Assembly (NCBI GenBank): GCA_949282975.1
Contig: CASDQY010000058.1
Coordinates: 5,699 to 69,698, forward strand
Source of the DNA: an uncultured Oscillospiraceae bacterium
GTDB taxonomy: Bacteria; Bacillota; Clostridia; Oscillospirales; Ruminococcaceae
Direction of reading: 5' to 3'
Length of the DNA stretch: 64,000 bases
Shown here: positions 36,209 through 45,866 of the stretch, piece by piece
Position numbering within the stretch: the stretch's first letter is position 1
Layout of the letters: the number at the start of each line of letters is the position of its first letter
Position numbers and translations under genes: made by a program
Notes under the pieces: generated by a model
What the model was told of the DNA's origin: nothing
The model's input: only the letters and a program-made list of their open reading frames with translations
Databases searched by the model: none

Positions 36209-36401
36209 ATCGGAGCGTCCGAATGAACGGGAAAAACCGATTACAGCCAGGATGGATTTTCATATCTGTTTCCATTTGAAGGATGGAAAGATGCCAAGCG
36301 AAATGCTGGTAAAGCTAGAATTGGAAAAAGCATTGCTGAAAATGTTGCGAAATTTATGGACGGCGGAAATTTTGCTTGATGGAGCGCCAATACATAAATA
36401 A
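36192..36401 (+). CDS. Hypothetical protein (69 aa)
   Basis: Overlaps the preceding gene end. No family recognised. Confidence 0.4.
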   Translation: MTINFESERPNEREKPITARMDFHICFHLKDGKMPSEMLVKLELEKALLKMLRNLWTAEILLDGAPIHK

Positions 36402-36491
36402 CAAGTAAATATCGTGAGCCGATGAGCCTTTACCTTGTGGAGAAATCCGCAGGGCAAAGGCTCTTTTTGTTTTGTCAGAAAGGGGAAGAGC

Positions 36492-37295
36492 ATGGCAAAA
36501 GGAGAAACCTACGAAGAGTTTGTGGAGAAATTCAAACCCAAAAAGACCACCGATGACTGCTACACGCCGCCGGAGATATACGAGGCGGTAAAAGGATGGG
36601 CGTGTAAAGAATACGGGATTGACCCGGACAGCATCGTCCGCCCGTTTTGGCCGGGCGGAGATTACGAGCACTTTGACTACCCAGAGGGATGTGTGGTGCT
36701 GGACAACCCGCCGTTTTCCATTTTGACAAAAATCTGTGAATTTTACATTGAGCGAGGAATCAAGTTCTTTTTATTTGCTCCGAGCTTAACGTGCTTTTCC
36801 GGGAGAAAAACGATCATGCGGATGAATCACGTGATTTGTAATTGCCAAATCACATATGAGAATGGAGCGGTGGTAAGGACGTCGTTTGTAACAAGTTTTC
36901 GGGGGGGGGGTAGCACTGTTACACAGACGGCTCCGGAGCTTACAAAGCTTATCGATGAGGCGGGGAAAAAGAACCGAAAGAAAGAATTGCCGAAGTATGA
37001 CTACCCGCCAGAAATCGTCACAGCAGCTATGCTGCAAAGATTCGCAAAACACGGATTTGATTTTGAGCTGTCGGATAAGGATTGTACGCCGATTTACACC
37101 ATGGATGCGCAGAGAAAGCAGAAAAAGGCGATATATGGCGGCGGGTTGCTATTAAGCCGGGAAAAAGCAAAAGAAAGCAAAAAGATAAGAGAAAAGATCG
37201 ATGGAGAAAACCACAGTGAGAAAAAAACCTGGGAACTCTCTGACCGGGAATGGGAAATCGTCAAGAGCCTGGGAGAAAAGGAGGATGGGTCATGA
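36492..37295 (+). CDS. Putative phage N6-adenine DNA methyltransferase (NPPF motif) containing a G10 tract
   Basis: ATG follows AAAGGGGAAG. DDCYTPPEIYEAV and catalytic VVLDNPPFSIL. A poly-G run sits at codons SFRGGGS. Confidence 0.6.
   Translation: MAKGETYEEFVEKFKPKKTTDDCYTPPEIYEAVKGWACKEYGIDPDSIVRPFWPGGDYEHFDYPEGCVVLDNPPFSILTKICEFYIERGIKFFLFAPSLTCFSGRKTIMRMNHVICNCQITYENGAVVRTSFVTSFRGGGSTVTQTAPELTKLIDEAGKKNRKKELPKYDYPPEIVTAAMLQRFAKHGFDFELSDKDCTPIYTMDAQRKQKKAIYGGGLLLSREKAKESKKIREKIDGENHSEKKTWELSDREWEIVKSLGEKEDGS
36901..36910 (+). repeat. Homopolymeric G10 tract inside the methyltransferase ORF
   Basis: ttttc-GGGGGGGGGG-tagc is currently in frame (CGG GGG GGG GGT). Confidence 0.95.
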
Positions 37296-37747
37296 TCTAC
37301 AAGAGATGTTCCAGATGCGGCAAGAGAATCCCAAGCGGGACCATCTGCCCTTGTGTGCTGGAAGTCATGGCCAAGAGTAAGCGGGAGCGGGACAGAGCCT
37401 ACGGCCGCACCCGCACCGACACCAGGGAACTGGCCTTTTACGGCTCAGACCAGTGGAGGAGAAAGTCTAAAGCTGTGCGCATCCGCTTCCGCCAGATGGA
37501 TGTTTACCTCTGGCATACCACCGGGCGGGTGGTGGACTGCGACACCGTACACCACATCGAGCCGATCAAAGAGCGATGGGATAAGCGGCTGATGGATAGC
37601 AACCTGATCCCCCTGTCGGAATCCACCCACAAGGCACTGCACAAAAGGATGGAGCGCAGTGTCGCAGAAAAAAAGAAAGTGCAAGCCGAACTACATGAAG
37701 CCGTCCGGCACTGGAAGGCGGTATTCGGTTCGGGGCAGGGGGTATAG
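37292..37747 (+). CDS. HNH endonuclease (packaging-associated)
   Basis: ATGA overlap. N-terminal CSRCGKR..CPC and the HNH core VHHIEPIKERWDKRLMDSNLIPLSESTHKALH. Located just upstream of the terminase genes. Confidence 0.85.
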   Translation: MIYKRCSRCGKRIPSGTICPCVLEVMAKSKRERDRAYGRTRTDTRELAFYGSDQWRRKSKAVRIRFRQMDVYLWHTTGRVVDCDTVHHIEPIKERWDKRLMDSNLIPLSESTHKALHKRMERSVAEKKKVQAELHEAVRHWKAVFGSGQGV

Positions 37748-37844
37748 TTAAAACTTTTATCACCACCGGCCCCAACGCCGCCCACAGCATTACGTTCGCA
37801 AAACTCCCAAAACAAAGTATTTCAGACTACGGAGGTGAAGCCGC

Positions 37845-38345
37845 ATGGCAAGGCCGAGAAAGCCAGTAGATACGCAAGTCAGGCACAACACACAAGAGGA
37901 AATCCAGCGGCAAAAATTTGCGGAAAGTTTGGTGCAAACCGGGCGGGAGGATTTGGCCGAAACATCCATCGGGTTGATGGATGCAACCGCACGCAAGGAG
38001 TATGCCAGGGTGCTCCGAAGTCTGGTTGACCTGCCGGTCATCGGCAACCTAGACCGCACCAACCTGGTGGGATACTGCAACTACTACTCGATTCATCGGA
38101 AATTGGAGGGAGAAATAAAAAAACTCGAAGCAAGGATACGGAAAGGGAAAAAAGAGAGAAGTCCAAACCTGATGGAAATGAATGCATACTATTTCGAACT
38201 GCTTCGCCAGGACCGGCTGACCTGCGAATCCATGATCCGCTTTGAAAAGCTCTGCGGACTGACGGTGGACAGCCGGTTGAAGGTGGCGGATGCGGCGGCC
38301 AAACAGGTGGAAGATCAGCTGCAAGAGGAGTTTGGTGATATCTGA
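37845..38345 (+). CDS. Terminase small subunit (P27-like)
   Basis: ATG follows GGAGGTGAAG. 166 aa with MARPRKP...ARKEYARV...NLVGYCNYYS, as in P27-family TerS proteins. Precedes TerL. Confidence 0.75.
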   Translation: MARPRKPVDTQVRHNTQEEIQRQKFAESLVQTGREDLAETSIGLMDATARKEYARVLRSLVDLPVIGNLDRTNLVGYCNYYSIHRKLEGEIKKLEARIRKGKKERSPNLMEMNAYYFELLRQDRLTCESMIRFEKLCGLTVDSRLKVADAAAKQVEDQLQEEFGDI

Positions 38346-40048
38346 TGGAACTGCTGGACAGGATCGCCGGATATGCCAGGCGCTGCCTGTCCAGGGAGAT
38401 TCCGGCCAGAACAAAACACAAGTGGGCCTGCCAGCGGCTGCTGGACGACATCCAGCACGCCGAAGAAAAGGGCTTTTACTGGGACGAACAGGAAGCCCAA
38501 AAAATCGTGAATTGGTTCGCCTTGCTCCGGCACAGCAAGGGGGACCTTGCAGGACAACCCATCATCCTTACCGACTGGCAGTGTTTTTTCCTCTGCCAAA
38601 TCTATGGGTGGCGGTGGAAGGACAGTGGAAAGCGCCGGTTTACAAAGTCCTTTTTGGAGGTGGCCCGGAAAAACGCCAAGACCCAGATGGAAGCCGGGGT
38701 GGCGCTGTATGAGATCAGCGTTACGGCGGCCAAAAACCGGGAGACGGTGGAAACCTACAGCGCCGGCACCAAACGGGACCAGTCCAAGCTCACCCTGGTG
38801 GAAGCGAAAAACCTGCTGAAAGGCTCCCCGCTGCAGCCAAAGTTTAAGATCACCAATGCGGAAATCAGACACATCAAAACCGGAAGCTTTCTCCGGGCGT
38901 TGTCCCGGGAGGACGGCCAAAGAGGGGACGGAACCAATCCGGCCCTGCTGATTTTGGACGAATACCACCAGCACCAGACAACGGAGTTTTACGACCTGCA
39001 CATGGGCGCCAACTCCAAAGAGCCGCTGCTGATGATCATCACCACGGCGGGGGTAGACCTGAACTGTCCCTGCTACACCGAAGAGTACCAGTACTGCTCC
39101 AATCTGCTCAACCCGTCGGTAGACATCGAAAATGAATCCTACTGGGCGGACATCATGGAGGCGGAGACCGGGGACGATCCGGGGGCGCTGGACACCTGGA
39201 AGGCCGCCAATCCCATCCGGGCTTTTTATCCCGGCGGGGCAGATAAAATCCGGCAAGCCTACCAGGTAGCCAAAACCATCCCGGAAAAGATGACATCCTA
39301 TCTCACCAAGATGCTGAACATCTGGGTGCAGCAGGCGGAAAACGCTTACATGGACATGGCAAAGTTTAAGGCGGCCACTGTGGCGGAACTACCCATCGAC
39401 ATTACCGGAAGGCCGGTGTATGTGGGCTTTGATATGTCCGCCAAGATCGACATGACCAGCGTGGCCTTCGTCTTTCCTTACCAGATAGACGGAGTGACCA
39501 AGTACCTGGTACTGTCCCACAGCTTTTTGCCAAACCAGGAAAAGGTGGCGGAGCGGAAAGCGGTGGACAAAGCGCCCTATGACTACTGGGTTCGGGCGGG
39601 ATACATCACCGTTACCAACTCCCAGATCGTGGATCAGCAGGTAGTGATGGATTATGTCATGGACTTTGTGCAGAAACACCGCTTGCAGGTGCAGTGCCTG
39701 TGCTTCGACCCGGCCAACGCCGGCAAGCTGATGACCGACCTGGACCGGGAAACCGACTACATCATCGAAGAGGTTTTCCAGTCCCACAAGTCCCTGAACG
39801 AATCCACATGTACTTTCCGGGAACAGGTGTATGAAGGAAACGTGGTGATCATGGTCAATCCTGTGCTGAATTTTGCCATGGCAAACGCTAAAATCCGCAT
39901 CAGCCAGGGGCTGATCAAGATTGATAAGGACATTGCCCGCCAGAGAATCGACCCGGTGGACGCCACGCTTTGCGCCTTTAAGCTGGCGCTGTACCACGAA
40001 TTTGACGACGACAACACCGCCCAGGTGGATGACTGGCTGGGGCTGTAA
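38345..40048 (+). CDS. Terminase large subunit
   Basis: 567 aa. The stop/start overlap with TerS and the ILDEYHQH Walker B-like motif fit a Terminase_1-type protein. Confidence 0.85.
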   Translation: MELLDRIAGYARRCLSREIPARTKHKWACQRLLDDIQHAEEKGFYWDEQEAQKIVNWFALLRHSKGDLAGQPIILTDWQCFFLCQIYGWRWKDSGKRRFTKSFLEVARKNAKTQMEAGVALYEISVTAAKNRETVETYSAGTKRDQSKLTLVEAKNLLKGSPLQPKFKITNAEIRHIKTGSFLRALSREDGQRGDGTNPALLILDEYHQHQTTEFYDLHMGANSKEPLLMIITTAGVDLNCPCYTEEYQYCSNLLNPSVDIENESYWADIMEAETGDDPGALDTWKAANPIRAFYPGGADKIRQAYQVAKTIPEKMTSYLTKMLNIWVQQAENAYMDMAKFKAATVAELPIDITGRPVYVGFDMSAKIDMTSVAFVFPYQIDGVTKYLVLSHSFLPNQEKVAERKAVDKAPYDYWVRAGYITVTNSQIVDQQVVMDYVMDFVQKHRLQVQCLCFDPANAGKLMTDLDRETDYIIEEVFQSHKSLNESTCTFREQVYEGNVVIMVNPVLNFAMANAKIRISQGLIKIDKDIARQRIDPVDATLCAFKLALYHEFDDDNTAQVDDWLGL

Positions 40049-40053
40049 AGGGG

Positions 40054-41373
40054 GTGAGAACTATATTCGGACGAAAACAGAAAGCCCTGAAAATGCAGGA
40101 AGTAAAAATGCAGGAACAGGCAAAGGAAATCGAAACCCTGAAAAACCAGGTCACTTCCCTGTCGGAACTGAACGAGTTTTTTGACCAGATCAAAGCCACA
40201 GGGGAAAACTCAGCTACCTACTATGCCTGCATGGACATCCGCTGCAAGGCGGCGGCCAAAATTCCCATCAAGGTGCTGCAGCAGGGGGAGCATGGAACCA
40301 TCCTGCGGGCAGATCATGCGGTGTACCGAATGCTCCATGACCGGCCAAACCAGCTTTACACCGCTTACGACTTTAAGTTTGCTACAGAGTTTCAGCGGCT
40401 GGAATACGGAAATGCCTACTGGCTGCCCGTCTACAACCTGGCCGGTCGGTTGGCCCAGATACAGCTGCTGGACAGCCAAAAAGTGACTATCCAGGTCAAC
40501 AGCGCTTTGGAGCCATGGCAGCCGGGGTATCTGCTCTACTACTACAGCGGCCCCTCCGGGATGCAGATCCTAACGCCGGATGAAATCCTGCACTTTCGGA
40601 ATTACTCTAAGGACGGCATTCATGGGCGCAGCGTTCGCCGGCAGATCATGGATGTGATCCAGGCAGAGGAAAGCGGACAGAACCTGCTGAAAAGCAAGTA
40701 TGAAAGCGGCCTGATCGACCCGCTGATCGTGGAGGCGGATGTAGACCTTTCCGACAAGAAGCGGAAGCAGGCGGTGATCAAAAAGTTTTCCGGCTTCCGG
40801 GGAGCAGAGCACGCCGGTGAAATCATCCCAATCCCGCCGGACTTTAAGGTACAGCAGCTCTCCACCAAGCTGGTGGACAGCCAGTTTTTTGAGATGCAGG
40901 GGCTGACCACTAAGCGGATCTCCAACGGCTTCGGAGTGCCGGGCTTTATGCTCAACGATCTGGACGGGGCTACATACTCCAACATCCAGCAGCAGAATGC
41001 CCGCTTTTACAGCGATACCATGCAATCCACCTTCACCCAGTACGAAGGGGAAATGAATGTCAAGCTTTTTACTACATCCGAGCGCCGGGCGGGGATTTTT
41101 GCCCAGTACAACGTAGATGCCATGCTGAGAAGCGACACCAAGAGCCGGTACGATGCCTACTCCATAGGAATCTCCGCAGGATTTATCAAGATCAGCGAGG
41201 TGCGGGAGAAAGAAAACCTGCCCTTTGTGGAGGGCACCGACCAACTGCTGATCGGAAACGGCGCATCCGTCCCCCTGGACCAGCTGGGGGAACAGTACAC
41301 CAATGGGACACCGAAGGGAGGTGAAGAAAATGGCAACCAAAACCAGCAAGATCAGGATGGAGTGGCAGGGTGA
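40054..41373 (+). CDS. Portal protein (HK97 family)
   Basis: 439 aa directly after TerL, with an HK97-type portal pattern (..YWLPVYN.., ..FGVPGFMLND..). Confidence 0.8.
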   Translation: MRTIFGRKQKALKMQEVKMQEQAKEIETLKNQVTSLSELNEFFDQIKATGENSATYYACMDIRCKAAAKIPIKVLQQGEHGTILRADHAVYRMLHDRPNQLYTAYDFKFATEFQRLEYGNAYWLPVYNLAGRLAQIQLLDSQKVTIQVNSALEPWQPGYLLYYYSGPSGMQILTPDEILHFRNYSKDGIHGRSVRRQIMDVIQAEESGQNLLKSKYESGLIDPLIVEADVDLSDKKRKQAVIKKFSGFRGAEHAGEIIPIPPDFKVQQLSTKLVDSQFFEMQGLTTKRISNGFGVPGFMLNDLDGATYSNIQQQNARFYSDTMQSTFTQYEGEMNVKLFTTSERRAGIFAQYNVDAMLRSDTKSRYDAYSIGISAGFIKISEVREKENLPFVEGTDQLLIGNGASVPLDQLGEQYTNGTPKGGEENGNQNQQDQDGVAG

Positions 41374-42169
41374 ACGTGCCGCCGTCTATATCTACGATAA
41401 AATCCTGGGAAACAACTCTGGCCAATGGGAGGAAGAGGGGGTGACCCCGGAAGATGTTCGGGATCTTTTGCAGACCATCCAAAATGACCGGGAAATCGAA
41501 CTGCACATCAACTCCCCCGGCGGAAATGTGTGGGGCGGCGTGGCCATCTACAACCTGCTCAAACAGCACACCGGAAAAATCACCGGCTATGTAGATGGGG
41601 TGGCGGCTTCGGCGGCTTCTGTGGTCCTCATGGCGGCGGATGAAATCATCATACCCACAGGGGCCTTTGTGATGATCCACGCACCTTCCGTGCTCATGTA
41701 CGGCAACGCTGCCGAACTTCGGGCAAAGGCGGAGGAACTGGACAAGATCGGGGCGGGAATTGCCGAAATCTATCAGCGTCGGCTGATCGACCAGGAGGAA
41801 TCCGCCTTGGAAATGATGCACCAGGAAACATGGTTCACCGGGGCAGAGTTTCAGGCCAAGTTTTCCGGGGTGACGGTAGAGGAGCAGGCTCCCGTCTATG
41901 CCTGTCTGGGGCTGGAAAAGCAAAAATACCAGCACATCCCGGAATCCGTGATCATGGAAAGAGAAGGAAAACTCAATACCATCGAGGCAAAAATCGGAAA
42001 GGGCGTTATGGGAATCAACGAAAACGAGGTAGATATCCAAATCGGCGGATATTCACTTAAAGAAATGCTCCAGAGCATTGAAAATGCCAAAAACATTTTG
42101 TGCAGAACGGCGCAAGTAGAAGAAATCAATCGAGAAATCAAAAAATTACAGGAGGAAATCAACGCATGA
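41330..42169 (+). CDS. ClpP-like (S14) head maturation protease
   Basis: INSPGGNVWGGVAIYNLL...GVAASAASVVLMAADEIIIPTGAFVMIHAP carries the Ser-His catalytic signature. Confidence 0.85.
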   Translation: MATKTSKIRMEWQGERAAVYIYDKILGNNSGQWEEEGVTPEDVRDLLQTIQNDREIELHINSPGGNVWGGVAIYNLLKQHTGKITGYVDGVAASAASVVLMAADEIIIPTGAFVMIHAPSVLMYGNAAELRAKAEELDKIGAGIAEIYQRRLIDQEESALEMMHQETWFTGAEFQAKFSGVTVEEQAPVYACLGLEKQKYQHIPESVIMEREGKLNTIEAKIGKGVMGINENEVDIQIGGYSLKEMLQSIENAKNILCRTAQVEEINREIKKLQEEINA

Positions 42170-43374
42170 AAAAGTCCATTGAAATGAAACAGACCCTCAC
42201 CGACAAGCTGGAGGATCGGCGGAACGCCCTGATGAAAGGCGACACCGAAACGGCCAACGCCTTGAAAACCGAAATCGACAACCTCAAGCTGGCCATCCAG
42301 GTACAGGAGGAACTGGAAGCCGGAGAAAAGATCGGAGCTCCCGCCGTCCCCACCCTGTCCGCCGAGGACAAGAAAAGCGCCAAGGTCGCCGGGCAGACCA
42401 TCCGGGCCTATATGAAAATGCGAAGCAGGAAGGCTCTCACCGAAGCGGAAAACGCCCTGCTGGTACCCAGCGAAACCCCGGGCACCAACGGCGAAAGCTA
42501 CATCATGCCCCAGTATATCGTCACCCGAATCCAGGAACTGAAACGGTCCTACCGTTCCGCCCGGGAACTGGTCACCGTGCAAAACACCAACGGATGCTTT
42601 ACCGGCTCCATCACCTACGAGGCAGCGGAGAACACCGCCGGCCTGATCAACTTCGACGACGGAGACGAACTCACCGATCTGGGCGACCCCAGCTTTACCA
42701 CCGTCAAATTCTCCCTGTCCTTGTGGGGCGGTATCCTGACCCTGTCCAATGTGCTGCTGCGCTTTACCGACAACGATTTGGCAGAATATGTAGCCCGGTA
42801 CATGGCGAAAAAGTCGGTGATCACCGAAAACAAGCTGATCTTTGCAGCTTTGGAAAAGAGCAAAACGGCGGTGGCCATCACCGGCCCGGATGATCTGAAA
42901 AAGTCTCTGATCGTCACCATCGACCCGGCCAACTCGTCCGGCCCGGATGCCTGCATCGTCACCAACCAGGACGGCTTTGCAGAAATGGCTACCTGGAAGG
43001 ATGAGCAGGGCCGCTACCTGATGCAGCCGGATATCACCCAGCCGGAAGTCTACCGACTGTTTGGCCTGGAGGTAAAGATGTACCCCAACGCTTCCATGCC
43101 CAGCAAAGTGCAGAGCCAGGAAAACACCCCGTCTACCGGCCAGACTACCACCACCACTACCATCCCGGTGCTGTACGGCAACACCAGGAAAGGAACCACC
43201 CTCTTTGAATCCGGCAGCTATGAAATGGCCGCCAGCACCCATGCGGGCTTTACTAAAAACCAGACCCTGATGCGGATCATCCAGGCTCTTGACGTGCAGC
43301 AGACCGATGCCAGCGATAAGGTGTACTGCTACGGGACTATCACCAAATCCGAAGTCACCGGAGAAGCGAGCTAA
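42166..43374 (+). CDS. Major capsid protein (HK97 fold)
   Basis: ATGA overlap with the protease gene. 402 aa with an N-terminal coiled delta-like region. Position and size are typical. Confidence 0.8.
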   Translation: MKKSIEMKQTLTDKLEDRRNALMKGDTETANALKTEIDNLKLAIQVQEELEAGEKIGAPAVPTLSAEDKKSAKVAGQTIRAYMKMRSRKALTEAENALLVPSETPGTNGESYIMPQYIVTRIQELKRSYRSARELVTVQNTNGCFTGSITYEAAENTAGLINFDDGDELTDLGDPSFTTVKFSLSLWGGILTLSNVLLRFTDNDLAEYVARYMAKKSVITENKLIFAALEKSKTAVAITGPDDLKKSLIVTIDPANSSGPDACIVTNQDGFAEMATWKDEQGRYLMQPDITQPEVYRLFGLEVKMYPNASMPSKVQSQENTPSTGQTTTTTTIPVLYGNTRKGTTLFESGSYEMAASTHAGFTKNQTLMRIIQALDVQQTDASDKVYCYGTITKSEVTGEAS

Positions 43375-43676
43375 TGACCTTAGAGCAGGTGAAATCTTAT
43401 CTGGGGATCGACTTTCCGGATGACAATGTTTTTTTGGAAGAGGTGATAATCCCGGCCGCTACTGCCTGGGTGCAGGAAGCGGTGGGATGGGAGGACGAAA
43501 ATGAGCCGGAATGGAAAGCCCTGCTCCTGCTGATGATCCAGGATATGTACGACAACCGGTGTTTGGCGGAAACGTCGGCGGCCAACCAACGGAAAACGGT
43601 GCGGAGCATGATCGCTCACCTGCAAGCGAAGGAGGATGAGAAAAATGCCGAAACCTCAGCCGGGGGAACTGAATAA
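43374..43676 (+). CDS. Head-tail connector (gp6-like)
   Basis: MTLEQVKSYLGIDFPDDNVFLEEVIIPAATAWVQEAVG fits the gp6-like DNA-packaging/connector pattern. Confidence 0.7.
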   Translation: MTLEQVKSYLGIDFPDDNVFLEEVIIPAATAWVQEAVGWEDENEPEWKALLLLMIQDMYDNRCLAETSAANQRKTVRSMIAHLQAKEDEKNAETSAGGTE

Positions 43677-43956
43677 AACCATCACCTTCCAGGTCATCCA
43701 GGATGGGGAGTGGGTGGATCACTATACCTGCCGGGCCAAGGTGAACACCATCGGGGGAAACCTGGCCTTGTCCCAGGCGGAATACCGGGATAAAGACATA
43801 AAGGACTTTACCGTCCGGTGCTGCGCCGCATTGGTGGATCTGCAAAAGACGCAGTTTCGCATCCTCTACCGTGGCCGGGTGTACTACCCCGCCAACGTCG
43901 ACGACTACATGGAACAACACCGCTGGCTCACTATCCGGGGGAACGACAATGGCTAA
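43636..43956 (+). CDS. Head closure / head-tail adaptor protein
   Basis: The PGELNKTITFQ start pattern and ~105 aa fit SPP1 gp16-like proteins. Confidence 0.65.
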   Translation: MRKMPKPQPGELNKTITFQVIQDGEWVDHYTCRAKVNTIGGNLALSQAEYRDKDIKDFTVRCCAALVDLQKTQFRILYRGRVYYPANVDDYMEQHRWLTIRGNDNG

Positions 43957-44353
43957 AATGCAAAAAGTCACGCCAGAGGAAGTGGGCGGGGCGTTCCATG
44001 CCATCCTGGAGGATTACACCTACGAAGTGATGGAGCAGATCGAGGCGGAACTGCCGAAGCTGGGCCGGAAGGTAAACCAAGAAGTAAAAAAACACATCAC
44101 TTTTAATGCCGGTGCGCAAAGCAAGTATCTCCGCTCTTTGGGAATCGAAGTCATCAAAGGGAGCCGCCTGTATAAGTCGGTGGTGTGGCGGGCGAAATCG
44201 CCACAAAGCAGCTTAACCCACCTGCTGGAAAACGGGCATCAGCTCCCGCAGGGCGGGAGAAGCAAAGCCTATCCTCATATCATCTACGGCCAGAAGCTGG
44301 TGGAACAGGAACTGCCGGAGCTGGTGGAAAAGGCGGTGAAGGACAATGCTTGA
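43949..44353 (+). CDS. HK97 gp10-like tail-attachment protein
   Basis: Assigned by position and size (134 aa), plus the ..SLTHLLENGH.. motif. Confidence 0.6.
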   Translation: MAKMQKVTPEEVGGAFHAILEDYTYEVMEQIEAELPKLGRKVNQEVKKHITFNAGAQSKYLRSLGIEVIKGSRLYKSVVWRAKSPQSSLTHLLENGHQLPQGGRSKAYPHIIYGQKLVEQELPELVEKAVKDNA

Positions 44354-44672
44354 CTTTAAGGCTCTGCTAAAAGAGCGGGGAATTCCGGCGGCAGTGGCGG
44401 CCTTTTCCATGGCACCGCCGAAGCCGCCCTATGTCTGCATCCTGGAAAGCCGGGAAACTGACGGAGCGGACTACAAAAACCAGATTGCCGTCCGGGACGT
44501 GACCTTTGAGCTATACCACGCCAAAGAAACCGACCCGGCCCAGGACACCATCTGCAAGCTGCTGGACGAAATCGGCGCTCACTACGCCGAGGAAACCATC
44601 TACAACTCAGAGACGAGAATCTATGAGACCGTCTTTGAGTTTGAAATCCTTGAAAAAATGGAAGGAGACTGA
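44346..44672 (+). CDS. Tail completion/terminator-like protein
   Basis: A 108-aa ORF between the gp10-like gene and the major tail gene. Assignment is by synteny only. Confidence 0.45.
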   Translation: MLDFKALLKERGIPAAVAAFSMAPPKPPYVCILESRETDGADYKNQIAVRDVTFELYHAKETDPAQDTICKLLDEIGAHYAEETIYNSETRIYETVFEFEILEKMEGD

Positions 44673-44675
44673 AAA

Positions 44676-45221
44676 ATGCCTGAAACGAAAGACCTTCAAA
44701 TCATCGCCGGTTCCGGCGAAATCTACATGATGGAGTATACCGGGGAAATCCCGGAAGATGACGAAATCGAAGTGGCGGCCAATCAATACGGATATACAAA
44801 AGGCGGAGCCACACTGACCTACTCCATGACCTCCGAAACCATCCAGGACGACCTGGGCCACGTCACAAAGATCATCTATACCGAAGATACCGCAACTTTT
44901 TCCTTTGGCCTGTTCAGCTGGTGCGGAAAGACCCTGAAAATGCTCTGCCCCACCTGCCGGGTGACCGAAGCTACCAACAAGCGCACGGTAAAGATCGGCG
45001 GCATTCAAAACGACGACGGGAAAAACTATCTGGTCCGCTTTGTACATAAGGACAAAGTGAAAGGGAATGTGCGAATTACCATCGTAGGTAAAAACACCGC
45101 CGACCTTTCCATGGTGTTTGCCCCGGATGACGGCACCAAGCTGGAGCCGGAATTCACCGCTACTCCAATGGATAACGAGGGGACCAAGATCATCTATGAA
45201 GAAGAAATGAACGCTGCCTAA
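44676..45221 (+). CDS. Major tail protein
   Basis: 181 aa, immediately upstream of the frameshifted chaperone pair. Confidence 0.7.
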   Translation: MPETKDLQIIAGSGEIYMMEYTGEIPEDDEIEVAANQYGYTKGGATLTYSMTSETIQDDLGHVTKIIYTEDTATFSFGLFSWCGKTLKMLCPTCRVTEATNKRTVKIGGIQNDDGKNYLVRFVHKDKVKGNVRITIVGKNTADLSMVFAPDDGTKLEPEFTATPMDNEGTKIIYEEEMNAA

Positions 45222-45236
45222 AAGGAGGAAATCAAA

Positions 45237-45548
45237 ATGACTTTAGATATGAGAAAAGCCGTCTATAAGCCAATGGAGCTGAAGCTGGATTCCGAGGGCG
45301 GGGAAATGGTTCTCCACATCCCGGCGCCCACCAAAGCGGAGTGGGACGACTATGTGGACCAGGAAACGGCGGCCATCAAGGCCAACAAACTCCGGGAGTG
45401 GACCGCCGAAGCCGCCCTGCTGATCCTCAACAAAAACAAAGAGGGCGAAAAATTTGCCGCCGAAGATATGGAGGATATGCCCTATCAGTCTTTGCGGGAG
45501 CTGCTGAAAGCTTATGTGGGCTGGGTGCAGGGCACCTTAAAAAACTAA
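45237..45548 (+). CDS. Tail assembly chaperone (G-like)
   Basis: 103 aa, ending at TAA directly after the slippery heptamer. Confidence 0.75.
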   Translation: MTLDMRKAVYKPMELKLDSEGGEMVLHIPAPTKAEWDDYVDQETAAIKANKLREWTAEAALLILNKNKEGEKFAAEDMEDMPYQSLRELLKAYVGWVQGTLKN

Positions 45549-45841
45549 AACTCCCCGTATACCCATACGGGGAGAAAAACCGGGATCCGTATGAGACTTA
45601 TACGGCAGAAGAAAACATTATCCACCGGTACACCGGCCTGGATTTCGCTGAAATCCAAAAACTGAATGTCTTTGAACATCAGCTTTATTTGAGGGATGGG
45701 TATATCCAAAGCCTGTCCAAAAGCGAGGAAGGGCGGAAATACCTGAAAAACGCCGCCCGAATGGAGGTCACGGAGCCGGACCGGGAAACCTGGCGGAAGT
45801 TTGCGAAGGGAGGCATTGACGCCATTGGCCAGCAGCAGTAA
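45237..45841 (+). CDS. Tail assembly chaperone G-T fusion produced by -1 frameshift
   Basis: The downstream ORF (..KKLKLPVYPYGEKN..) is in the -1 frame and has no start or RBS of its own. Confidence 0.7.
45539..45545 (+). promoter_or_regulatory. -1 programmed ribosomal frameshift slippery site A AAA AAC
   Basis: Canonical X XXY YYZ heptamer in the zero frame (TTA AAA AAC TAA). Confidence 0.75.
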
Positions 45842-45866
45842 AAAAATCCGGGGCATCACCATCGAA

